DNA of 56,122 nucleotides, filler included, from Sphacelaria rigidula (lineage: Eukaryota): assembly GCA_964200075.2 (NCBI GenBank). It is 2 parts of 2 records of this genome, joined end to end, with 100 filler letters (N's around TTAATTAATTAA, not from the genome) between each part and the next. Parts side by side here need not be neighbours in the genome. Positions count along the whole stretch, not along the records: positions 1 to 28,047 come from CAXNAA020000105.1; 1 more part is not named here. One strand, written 5' to 3'. The notes beneath the pieces were generated by a model. That model did no database searches. It was not told the DNA's origin and was given only the letters and a program-made list of their open reading frames with translations. Numbering within the stretch: the stretch's first letter is position 1; each line of letters starts with the position of its first letter. This document shows, one piece after another, positions 13,450 to 25,500 of the stretch. The translations under genes and the position numbers were made by a program.

Positions 13450-14555
13450 ACTGCTCCTTTATAGACGTACAAAAGTCCTACGAGACCGTGTGGAGAAATG
13501 GGCTATGAAAAAATATGCAGGAGCCTGAAATCAGAGAGAAAATGTGAAGAATGGTGAAACGGATGACGATATGAGCGAGGAGCGCTGTGATGCTAGATGG
13601 GGATATATCGACACATGTTGGTATTTTTCACCCACTTTATTCAAGGTAGTTCTTAACTGCATGGTAACCGCAGCAGAAGCAGCAAAGCAAGGCGTCAAGG
13701 TGGGGGAAGATTCGGCGTTGGGGTTGATGTTTATGAGTGATTTCGTGGAGATATCGGTGCGGGAAGATTCGGTGTTGGGGTTGATGTTCGCGGGTAATTT
13801 CTTGGAGATATCAGAAACACCAAGAGGACGCAGAGACAAATAGAGAAGACGCTAGAATACACCGAAATGGAAAGTGACGGCGAGGTAAATAATTGAGCGG
13901 TGGTTGTAACGAAAATAAGGAGAACCGAGAAGAGTTCAAATGGACGCTGGGAGCAGAGTTACCGTTCGTAGAACACCAGTACACACATTTCGGCGTGCGG
14001 ATATCAACAAACTGTTCATGAGATGCGCACATATATAAGGTAATAGGAAAGGGTAACGCACAGGCAAGATAATCGCGATCTGTGACGCCAGCCAGAAGAA
14101 TAACTGGTGGATCACTGCTGTTGAGGAACTTCCCAGTCTCACTGGCCTCTGTTTCAGTCGTCAGCCTTTACAACATTCCAATATAACCGGAGTGCTCTTG
14201 TAGGTACAGCCTCCTAGACCCGCAGGGTATCATCCCCGTGTCCCCGGTCATTATTCAGAATCCTCCCAGAATCCTCGCAAGTCCTCGTGCCCCCGGTCAT
14301 TATCCAGATCATCACTACCGACTCAACGTAACGGCGTAATTTCGTCACAGACCCTGAACGATTCGCGCCTCGATACTAGGATTGAGACATGTATTATAGT
14401 GAATGTGGTTGCAACAAAGCCAGAATATGCAGGTAAGTGTGGGAAGTGAATACGAAGTTCGTGAAGCAGCTGGAAGCAGTACAGATTACACGAGTTACGA
14501 AAAAACCTTACTGTAGCTAGATGCTCAAAAACGACGAGAAGTATAATTAGTTAGC
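13450..14555 (+). mobile_element. Degenerate non-LTR retrotransposon (LINE) reverse transcriptase fragment, interrupted at 14081-14349
   Basis: Degenerate frames read DVQKSYETVWRNGL..., SPTLFKV..., GLMF-x-x-x-F-x-EISET (the FADD-equivalent motif, mutated) and YTHFGV (YxYLG-like). After the insertion they resume as LDTRIETCIIVNV...EYAG...VKQLEAVQ. Confidence 0.85.
14081..14349. mobile_element. Probable solo LTR (269 bp) inserted in the LINE RT fragment
   Basis: Termini TGTGACG...CGTCACA (TG...CA with a 7-bp inverted repeat), flanked by a GATC/GACC 4-bp near-duplication. The LINE reading frame resumes on the far side. Confidence 0.7.
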
Positions 14556-15197
14556 GTCTGAACTATTAATCTTGTGATTTTTCGTGATTGGCGATTTTCT
14601 TGCGCTTTTGTCGCTTGCCATCGCTTTTCACATCGTGGATCTGAAGATACTTTTATCCGCTCCACCTTCCCAGAAAAAAGTATAATCAGTACTCAACATT
14701 GAGTGACTTACGGGTTGACCGGTCATCGGGGGTTCTGCCATTTTTCAGCCCGGATTTGAATCTTCGGTATCTTCGATCGATCGAGCCTATTCCGATCGTA
14801 ATTGTGAAGGAACTGATATGTATATTTATATATATATATACATATGTTATTCTACGTAGTCACTGCACTACAGCCGAAAAACTGTGTTTCATGGTCAATA
14901 GCACCCGCCTGATAAGCGGGTTATTTACTCGTATCGCCCGATAATACCAAGTAGCACTAACTTGCGCACTGTGTTTTGCGGACGATCTATTTATTGTACC
15001 AAAATCTACCGACGCTAGAACTTTCGAGTTCTATCAAAGTTTAGTACGCGAGAAATTCCTGAAACAACTCGGAATAATTCTGATGCTGACTACCGCCATA
15101 CAATATTGTCGTTCCCTTGTCCAAAAAACAAGTTCAATCGCAACCAACCATCCAACCATCTATCCTCAAACAACCTTCAATTATTTAATCAACTTAA

Positions 15198-15295
15198 CCC
15201 TTAGACCGCGAGATTAGTCTTTCTGGATCATGCACTCTTTTTTTCACTTGAAATTGATGCCGATTCAACAGAAGGCTAACCTCGCGGTCTAAGGG
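15198..15295. mobile_element. piggyBac-like MITE (98 bp)
   Basis: Perfect 15-bp TIR CCCTTAGACCGCGAG / CTCGCGGTCTAAGGG flanked by TTAA/TTGA. Confidence 0.75.
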
Positions 15296-15494
15296 TTGAT
15301 ACTATCAGGCCAGTACTTATTATGTGTAAAAAATATGATCGTGCATTTTTTGTCCTTCTTTGTCGTTTTTTGCCCGGAGAGAAGGTGAGGTGGATGTTGA
15401 CATCTTAGAAAGATTTGCTCTGCTTGTGGAGACCGTTTCAGGGCTTCGCGTTCTGTGTAGGTCACAGTTTTGTTTTTGCCCAAACTTGCACATC

Positions 15495-15788
15495 ACAATG
15501 TTTTCTTGAGATTGAGAGTAAATGATACGATTGAGAGTGAAAAGCGGTCAATTCATGACATCATTTCAGTTCCGACACGCCCCTCCACGACACCCAAAAT
15601 GCTTTCTGTAATAGCTTGCCACTAAGAACCTTGATGTTCCCAAGTAGCATATCGACGTGTAGCTGTAAGCACACGCCAGCGATGAAGGCACAAAAAGCAC
15701 CCGTGGAATGAAAAAATGGCTAAGTTCAAGCGAATGATCAAAACCACTCTCAATCAGCGCTCTACTCTCAATCTCACGAAATCATTGT
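15495..15788. mobile_element. MITE-like element with ~45-bp imperfect terminal inverted repeats
   Basis: ACAATGTTTTCTTGAGATTGAGAGTA...ATTGAGAGTG at the left end is the inverted near-copy of CACTCTCAATC...TACTCTCAATCTCACGAAATCATTGT at the right end. Confidence 0.55.
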
Positions 15789-17319
15789 TGTATTCAATAA
15801 TAAACGGTAGAGTTATCACAAAAACAATGGGGGGAATCCCAGTCTCTAACCCCAACTCTAACCCTGAACTTGCATCTTCAAGAACAAACGGTCAAGTTAT
15901 ACAAAAACAGGGGAGGGGGGGGGGGAGAGAGATGGATGTTATGCAATCCACAATCTGTTCTAATCTGGAATCAAGTAAGCACTCCGCAAAAGGGCGACCA
16001 AGCGCCCATCAGAACATGGTGACCAGCTGATTCTGATCAAAGAAAACGACAGCAATCGCCCCCCATCATTCTCAGACCGCCGTGGTAACCGGCATGCTAC
16101 GTCTAGCGTCAAACGGTTCGACATCCTTACCTGAAAATTCTTATTTCTTACGTAATAATTCCATACTCATTGTCTGGCACTGCAAAGGCGGAGACGTTGC
16201 CCCCTGCCCGAACACGTCCGCAGTGGTCCTTGGCAGAATATACTCTTATCTTTGGCGACGTTGTGCGGCCTCTTCTTTGCTCGAAAAGGCGTATAAAACC
16301 CAAGGGCATCTGCCTCCAACATGATATGAAGAAACTCAATTATAGTGGTTATTTCCAGTCTTGGTACCAACAACATGAACCGACAGGGGGCCAACGTAAA
16401 CGAGGATGGCAAGATCTACCCCTGCCGCCGCGCGGATTCCATCTCGTCAGTGTGGAAATGTCATGAGAATATGTTCTAGATTTCGGAACCACCGCAGGAT
16501 CGCGCATAATCATCCTTTCAAGCCAACACGCAGCGCAAAAAACGCCTTGGGTCGCCGAAACTGCCGCGTCAACACCTACTTGCGGCTTCAATTCACACAT
16601 CCGTCAACTTTCAGCGTCATCAGACGCCAGGTGTGCTGTGTTGGGGCGCCGAATCTCCAAAATTACCTCCTCCATATTAATGAAAAGGAACCCCACTGCA
16701 GCGAAAAACGAAAAACAAAACTAAGAAAAATGACATGACTTGATTTGAGTGTCAACACCGATATTCGGATCTTTAGAGAGACTGGTAGACCCGAGTGCTT
16801 CCCAGCCAGAACACGTTATTTTCGTCCAAACGGCGAGTACGACGCTGATTTGACGTCTACCAACGCACACTTTGCCTGGGGTATCCTTTGCACTCCCCTT
16901 GCCAGTGGGCTCTCCGAATGCCATGGGTTAGGATCAGGGTTGAAATGTGACGACCATGAATAATTTGGTGGCGAACTGAGTGAGGTGGGCCCTCCTCCTT
17001 ACGGGCTGAACAGCGAAGAGCAAAGCAAGCGTCCGAAAGCAGTACGTTGATAGATTGGTCCATTGCGTGACGTCGCGGGACCGATCAACGTGCTACGCTT
17101 TGGCGCTTGCTTTGCATGTGAAGGTGCTTTCCAACTCTTCCTCTACAAGGGTAGATGACCTGTTGAAACAGCAATGCCACTCGAAAAAATAATGCCTGAC
17201 CGAGATGACCTACCCTTCCTTGCGGCCAAGGGGTCAAGATGGGCCCCTACGAGTGCCGCAACAGAGTTTACCAAACCGCCAAACCGTCGGAAACAATGGT
17301 TGTCACTTGATTTTGGAAT

Positions 17320-17508
17320 TAACTCCGATATTTCGATATTTTGAGAGGTTTACCCTTCCAAGTGCTCCTGGCTCGCCCAGAGCGTGGTCTGCCAAAGGTA
17401 CACTTACCTAGGACACCCTCTGCACCTCGCGTACCTGATGGTTCTCTTATACCTTGGTCGGGGTTAGTCCTAGGTTCAGTTTTAGATTAGGGTTAGGGTT
17501 AGGGTTGG
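17320..17508 (+). repeat. Short dispersed element ending in interstitial (TTAGGG)n; diverged copy at ~16755-16945
   Basis: Ends in GATTAGGGTTAGGGTTAGGGTTGG. The upstream ~150 bp loosely aligns with 16755-16945, which ends GGGTTAGGATCAGGGTTG. Confidence 0.5.
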
Positions 17509-17572
17509 CGGCACCTCACTTATAGTACCAACCATAGTTTCCGACCGTGCCGTAAACAGTAAACAGCCTTAA

Positions 17573-17669
17573 CCCTTAGACCGCGAGATTAGTCCTTCTG
17601 AATCATGCATACTTGTTTCACTTGAAATTGACGCCGATTCAACAGAAGTCCAACCTCCCGTTCTAAGGG
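17573..17669. mobile_element. piggyBac-like MITE (97 bp), second copy
   Basis: CCCTTAGA...TCTAAGGG termini with TTAA on both sides. The internal sequence is colinear with 15198-15295. Confidence 0.78.
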
Positions 17670-19194
17670 TTAACCGAGTTTCCGCTTTCGTGGCTATGGT
17701 GTCTCGATTCCAATTATTGCAATCTACAGCATGCCTGAGAAATCGAAGACTATGGCATAATACAACACTGCGAAGCTCGAAATATCTATGCTGCATGAAC
17801 AAGCCCAGGACGACAGTGCGACGAAATTGGGCCAACTGACGCGAATTTCAACTCCCACAAACGTGATGAACATGCTCTAAAAGTACTATTGGCGTGTACC
17901 CCCCAGCACACAACGTAACTGCTGCATGTGGGAACGTCCGGAGCTACAACGGAAAGTGTTCGGCAACTGTTCCGTTTTTTGTCCTGGTTTGTGAAACGCT
18001 CGTCCATGTTTTCAACACTCGACTAGGTATGCCGGCGGTCAAAATGACTGATAGCTCATGGATGATACCATGAGACCCATGTCCATGGTCAGCGCACACA
18101 GGCAAAAGCACGTTGATGTTTTGAAGATTTGTTTACAGAGGGCGAAATTGTCGACGGTTATTGGCGAAAAGTGGAATGGATCGTGATGCAACAATATCCG
18201 TTGACGTTTTTTCGACAGCAGCAGCCAACAAAAAAGCGAGAGCACAGTAGAGCACATACAACAGTGTTTTGCACTACGCAAGTGTCTGTGAAGACATTCC
18301 CTAGACTGTAGTACCTGCCTCGAATACCTGCTTGCAACGAATCACCATCACAGTTAGCGACAAAACGAAGCTATCAGTGCAACCACGCTTTGCAAAGCTA
18401 AAATGTGGCCAGGTGCGCGATTCGTTTGTCAGCTGTGGTCACACGAAGGGCGCGAGTAAGCAAGTTGTAGATATCTGCAGGACAGCGGAGAGGACAGACA
18501 GTTTTCAGGAATGCTTGGGTGCGTGTGCTGTTGATATCAGCACACGTGTAGCTGGGTGCGTGTGCTATTGATACCAGCACATGTGTAGGCGCCTAGAAGA
18601 AGACAGCGACACGCACAGTATCGTAGTGCATGGCGACCAGGACGTCGGCTGCCTCCAATCATTTACTGGGGATTCTTGCTTACGCGCAACACACTGAGAA
18701 ACTCGCATGATCCTTCGAGTAGTAGTTAAGAACTTCAGGACTTCTGACGTCTTGGATCTCTCGGCGCACCAACGGCGCACCGCGCACGACTATCAAATGC
18801 ACATAGTTTGCAAGGCAATCGGTGACTCATCGCTCCCATGAACGTCCACAAAGATGAACAGCAGAGTACAGAAGTATATTCCTCATACCTGCCACGTCCA
18901 CAGCTCTGCCATCGGCCGAAAAGCGACACCAGCAGAGCACAGTACACTGTACAGTGTCGTACAATACAACAACCACGAAAACGGAAGAACATCCGTCCTC
19001 TCACATGCATCTGTGTCAAGTAAAGCTGTCATCTACCATTTTCCTCAAGGACCTGAGGAATTTTCTCAAAACTTTCGACGGACTCTGTATGCCGCAAATT
19101 CTCACACATGATCGTGGGCGACCTGGGCACGCTGGTGCAAGCGGTTATTATGCTTCGGATCCAAGCTTTCAGTAAAATAATGTAGACTGTTGCT

Positions 19195-19549
19195 CGTCGC
19201 CTCGTTGGCTTTGGTGATCTCGAAACCATCTTGCGCTTGGGTCGTGCGTTCGAATCTCGGAGCGATCTGGGATTTCTTCTCATACCATGCCCAACAGTGG
19301 AGAGCGACTATATCGGGAGTAAACAAAAATCGAGTTGATAGCGGTCGACGAGGGAGAGGGACTGCTGGACCCGTCTTACGGAAAAAAAAACTAGGCAAGC
19401 AGCGGCAGAAGGAAGGTGGAAAAGTAAAACAAACGAAAAATAAAAAATAAAACTCCTGTGTTGACGTTCCTCATGTCTGTGTGACCCCGGCTGGTACGCC
19501 CGCATATGTCGGAAGGTCTAGACCGGCGTCCGGAATAAAATGGGACGAC

Positions 19550-19588
<39 letters not shown>

Positions 19589-19600
19589 ACACACACACAC
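19195..19600 (+). mobile_element. tRNA-derived SINE, family A, with long (CA)n tail
   Basis: B box GTTCGAATC near 19248. The body is homologous to 1339-1691, and a (CA)n microsatellite lies at ~19550-19600. Confidence 0.8.
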
Positions 19601-21169
19601 TACTGTGTCGTTGTCAAACGCACATATGCTCATGTCACTATCGGCATGGTAAAAAAGCGCAGTCAATTATATGTTATGGTGCGCGGTGTCAGCAGCAGAC
19701 AGCAGAACCGTGGGATCGGCAGCACCAATGCCGGTACATCCTCATGCCGTATGTATGTCCTGTTTTAGGACTTGACCATGGGCTCTTGGCTCACGCGTTA
19801 TGCGTTGACTTGTGCATTACATTAGCAAAAATATTGTTTGCAGCTTTGGGGGTATTCGTTCGGCTGTGACCGCGCGTTGTCAAGTGGACCTGACGACCCT
19901 GCCGACTCAGAGGATGAGAAATGTGTAGGCGTATACTTCGCGGATAATTGATTGGCCGTTGGGGCTCTGGGCAGCTTTTCTTTCGCGGGTTAGTTTTGAG
20001 CAATATAATTTATATTTTTGTAGCCGAACATGGTGAAAAGGGTGGACTGATTATTCTTGCAGGTTGTGTCTACTGAGGGCATAGAAACAAACATCCTCTG
20101 ATGAAAGCACGATTCGTGGGGAAAATAAACTTATCGGTGCGGTTCCTTGCGTGTTGCGTGTGTCTTGCCAACGTGTATTCGTCTTCCCGGTCAATTAGCT
20201 GTTGGGGGCGGCGAAATTCTTTTCGTAAGCTCCTGGCCAGCAATCGAAGCATAATTTAACCATACATACCCGCACCGGCCGCCTGCGGCAGGTACACCCC
20301 CCCACACACAAGATACGTCGTGACCTTTATTTAGCTGCTTGTGTTGACGCACGTTTCTACTTCCTGTTGGCGCGATCATTGCTGCTACTGCACCGAACTG
20401 TGTAAAAATAAGAAACAGCAGCGCCGCTGGCCCCGCCTTATGAACGAAGGTTTACACAGAGTTTTGGAAGACGATTTTTTTTTGTCATATCAGAGTGCAA
20501 ATATCTCAGGATCAGAGTGCAGAATAAAAAAAATCTCATCGAAAAAAAGTTAAGGGGATACCACATTTGACGGAGGGGGAAATAATTTTTCGTTACACTC
20601 TGATTTTGATATATTTGTACTCTGAAAGGACAAGAACACGTTTTCCGAAACTCTCCGCTACTAATTTTACTACTCTTTGCTCGACTGCGTACGGCGGCAT
20701 TTGCCCGGGAACGGTCCCCTCTATGTAGGCGTTGTGTCCTCCACAAAAAACCACAGTTTCAAAACCCTTGGCCAAAAAGAGAGAAAAAGAGTCGGTCATC
20801 GGGCGCTAGGAGGGTCGAAATCCAGAGTTCATTGAAGTGGACGTGGTACTCTACACGAATTCTACTTGACATTCAATCACTTGAGTTTAGTGCAGACATT
20901 GAACTATTTGATTTCAGCGTTGGCGATGAATACTTGGGTCCGACGATGACATTCAACTATCTGAGTTTGACCAACAGATAACAGGGAAAGCCGCAGGATT
21001 CTGGTTATGGGATGTACCCAACTCTCGCTACCGGTCACCATTATCGCGTATCCTTGCAGTACTGCAATAACAGGGTTTTTTGTCAGATTGAGAGTCCGGC
21101 GATAGTTGAGAGGGAGTCACATGAGTCGCTCTAACTTGACCAATTTCATGTTGTGCGTGTGTGCGTTCT

Positions 21170-21800
21170 TACCTGCAACAGCGTCGCGTGCTTACAGCTA
21201 AACGGCGAGATCCTACTCGGGAGTATCAGAGGTTTCAGGGGCAAGCTACTACAGAGAACGTATAAGGCCTCGCATAAGGCCTGGAGGGTGTGAGCTGATT
21301 CTAGAAGTATGGTGTTTTAGATTCCTGCTGATTGACAGACCAACGCAACACAAAAATACGTTGGATACATCCCACGGTTGAGAGCTTTCAATGGAGCCGC
21401 GTCCCGCCTGGCTCGCCGCAACATTCCCCAAGAAACACCAGTCGATCCATGGATTACAATTTCCTATTCTTTGGGTTTTCACACTCAATCAAACGATCGA
21501 TTTCAAATCTGGCGAAAACCCTGTTGGTATCATCTCGCGCATGAAGGCGTCACCTCATGTTTCCCCCCAAGTCAACAAGATCGGCAAGGAATACAATGCA
21601 AGAAATGCCAAACACTCCACCACAAAAGTGCCACGATACATGGCACAGGTTCTACGATAAACTACATATTCGGGGACGCATTGGAAGGCAATTCCGAAAG
21701 GATATGCTCTCAACACCATGAGAGGTAACGACCCAAAACACCGCCGTGCATCACGTTTGGCAATCTCAAGTTCTTGAGAAGCAAGAACCTGCACTCTCGA
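21170..21800 (+). mobile_element. Possible degraded Copia-like gag fragment
   Basis: Broken peptides (...AWLAATFPKK..., DFKSGENPVGIISRM...) resemble retrotransposon gag. GGTTATGGG upstream at ~21003 resembles the start of a Copia-type PBS. Weak, by-eye similarity. Confidence 0.28.
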
Positions 21801-22540
21801 AAACCTCTCATTATCGGAATATCCTCAGAACTTCATCACGACACAACCCTTGGCACAGTAGCCGCGACAGTTACGGAGGATAATGAGACAAGTACGACAC
21901 ATAACTCGGCGGCATTGTGTTTCGCCACCCGCTGACGTAACTCCAGACATTATGTTGCAGCCATAATTTTGATACAGCCAAGCGCTCGAATTGCGACATC
22001 ACCGTGAAGTGCGAGCGTTCACCTCCGCCCACTGATGAACTCAAGGTTGTATTCTTCACTCTTACGAAGTTGGTCACCACCGCAAGACGGTGACATGAAC
22101 ACGTACAAACCACACCGACGAATGAAAGCGAAACATCGATGGCATGCATGCGGCATACTACTTTCACCGCAGACCCAATCCCGCAACCTCCCGAGTGTGA
22201 ATGTTCTGGTCACGCCACACCGGTTATAGCCCATCTTCTCTTCGATGTCGCCCCTCAACATGTTAATGTTCGAGTCGAAGACAACCCGCTCGATCCAAGT
22301 AAATAAGTCATTGTCCGATTGCGACGTAACATCACACGCTACTCCAGAACAGCATTGCTGGACACGAGTGAATGATCGAGTCCACTGAGTCGCTCCGCGA
22401 GAGAGAAATAATGTATATCTTATGTACAGCACAAAACACAGAATAACCCCAGAAAACGAAACGAGAGCCATCGCCCGAACACAACAAAAAACAACAAACG
22501 CCGTGAGCACAGAGAGTCACCGTCTCCACTGCCATTACCA

Positions 22541-25500
22541 TCACTCTGTCGCCGCTTCTTCCACCGCCGGATTACTCTCCGTTACCGACATTGGCTGCTC
22601 CCACCCACAGTGCTCGTTCCCCTTGTCTCCTACAGTAGCGCAGGAAGGGGGGCGGCACACCAGGAAACCTTCCTCCATGGAAGATCCGACCAACCTTGAG
22701 TCGGACGCGGTTGCTGACGCCACCGATATCGACAGCAAATTTCCGTCCTGCCACATCTCCAGATTTTCGGAGTACCGGCCTTGATATGTATCAGGGGTGC
22801 ATTGGGTAAGGTCGGTAAAGGGGAGTGGGAGAACACAGTACATCTGCAGTTAAAGCAGATAGCTTGCCACCCTGGCTGACGGGAGAATAACATACACTAG
22901 TGCTAACGTACACAAAACAGCAGAGGAAACGTCAAGTTACCGTGGTGTTCACAATATTGCAATGCCAGGTTTGCGTATTGAAAACCTGCTCACCCTCCCA
23001 GCAGAACACACACAGCTGAAGAAGCAATTGTCCTACAAATCATGCCCTCGCGTCGTCAATGGAATCCTCGTGACGACCACCTGTGACAGGCTACTTTTGG
23101 TATGCGTATCCCGTTGTTGACCTCGCGTCCCTACAAAGCTGTGACGGAGCACGCCGGGTTATCGCTGAACCACACTCGCAACCAATCACCCACCGCGGAG
23201 TGCCGTATTAGTTCGGCGAGTCGCATGAAGGATGAGCTGCATCCTGCTAATATTCTCCGACCCAAAGCGTACCGATTACCTTCCATATGGATGGGAACCT
23301 CCAATGAGTTGTTTTATTATCTGGTATCGTCACTTCCAGAGACAGCCACGGGTATCACTGCTCATGGTTGTCTCACCATCTAGACCCTAAGTGGTACGAT
23401 CGGGCCCGTCACGCGGATTTGAGGCTTTTTATCCCGCACAATATGATCCAAGTCGACTACCATCATGGTTACCACAAAAATCGCAAGCGACAAGAACCAA
23501 ACGTAACCTGGTTGCCTAGCTTACACAGTTAGTGGCGTGTTTTCCAGCGTCGTTGCCAACCGGAACCACGCCTTCTGACGAGGGAGGGGAGGGGCTGATG
23601 TACAATAGAAACTCTTACCCGTTTCGCTGTCGTAGACAATGCTTGAGATTCCTCCCGCACAGCGCGTGTCATCTCCTTCTGACACGTCCGTAGCAGCCCC
23701 CATCTTGTCAGTGTAGGCCATGTAATGCCACATGTTCACCAGCCCCACCGTGTATGCCTCCACTCCTTTTGCCGCTGAAGAGCAAATCAATTCAAGAGAT
23801 CACACATGCGGCAGTAAATAGGACGGTTATCCCGAAATCGACCTCCCAACACGAATCCATTGAACCGGCTCCACAGGGTTTTGTCTAGCCATCTTTCGAA
23901 ATTGCCGCGTCACATATTGAGAACTTGAGAACAACTATGAAGGGAAAATGACAAATCTCGACACCTGTCGACCATGAACACATTGGAACTTGGTAGTGAA
24001 GAAAAAAATACATATCGAGTATCATGCTCATCGTTTGATTTTTTCACGGATAAATGGTTGAGACCCATGACACGTGACCTATTTCGCCGCGAATCCAGCA
24101 GCGGTCACATACGTAACCAAGGCAGACTAGGGAAACACTCGCCGTGGAAAACTCGAGAAAAAGGGAAAGTTAAGATTGGGGCAAACGGAGTGAAACGATA
24201 AATGAGAGAAGGCAACGGTAAAGGTAGGATACCACCAAGCTATTATAACATATATAGTATTTATGAGATCTATGAGATCTATGAGATCTGGTACCGGCCA
24301 CGAGAAAACAATGCGACAGCCCCGTGTCAGGGCTTCAAGTACTAGGACGCTTGAAAGGCAGTTCCGTGAAAGCAGGCTTCGACTCAGGTTCTGGTGACCG
24401 CACTTTTTCCATGTGAATTATTTCCCGCCAGCTTCGGGGAGCGAGGCACAAACACCAACACGGCTCAGAGAGAACGGGGAGAACAGGACCACGGCTTTCC
24501 TGGGAATTTTACCCGCAGTAATTTTCCCGCGATTTATGGCGGTGAATGAAACTCCCGCAATCCCGCGGAAGTCCGCAGAATCCAGCATCATACCGTACGA
24601 AGGTATCGCACCCGTGGAATGCTGTACTACCAAGTCATTTCTTGGTACGATTCCGTAAGTACAGCAGATCAGCCGTAACGTGTACTGCGTACCGTGAACT
24701 AGGAAATAATGTGCCCCAAATATCAGTCCAACCCGTGGGATCCCCGCATGCGTTGCGTTGTGAAGTGGTGTTTCAAAGGTACGAATCGTGTTCTCGTCAC
24801 ACAGGAGGGACGTCGAACGTCGACACACGAGTTTTCAATTATTATTTTGCTTTTGGTGCTTCACCTTCCTTCTGCGGTACTTGCCTGATTTTTCATCGCG
24901 AAAAAGGTTCAGTAATCCCTTTCTCTGGCCGACCGTGAAGTCGAACGTTGCGTACCCACGACATAGTCGCTTTCCACTGTTGAGCATGATGTGAGGAAAG
25001 ATCCCACTTTGTGTAACTTTGCCGAGATTCGAACCCACGTCCCAAACGTCGGAAGATTGTCAGGCTACCAACTGCGTCACCGGGGCGACCGCCGTGTACA
25101 GCGTGCTAATGGTCAAACCCGCAGTTCATGAGTATTTGTATTTCACATTCGGATTACAAGGACTTGAACGTTTCATTGGTTTTCGTACCGCGCCTGGTTT
25201 TTCGCCGCATTGCTCCAGAATTCCTCTCGATGTTTGCACGATAACTATCGGGGTCGCAATACATGCGTTGAGTGAGACTCCAATCGTGCACACGAACACA
25301 CATGTACTGTGCAGGGTGCCAACTACCGTGATACTCCGTGACAGGCTACTGTGCTTTCAGATTCCCATAGCTGCCACGATATTTATATTTTACCGCGTAG
25401 GTACCACATTCGTCTGGCCCTGTGCCGTCCGTACCGTACTTTCGAAGAATCGGACACCGAAGTACGGTAGAATTCACGACAAAAAAACACATTTTTGTAC

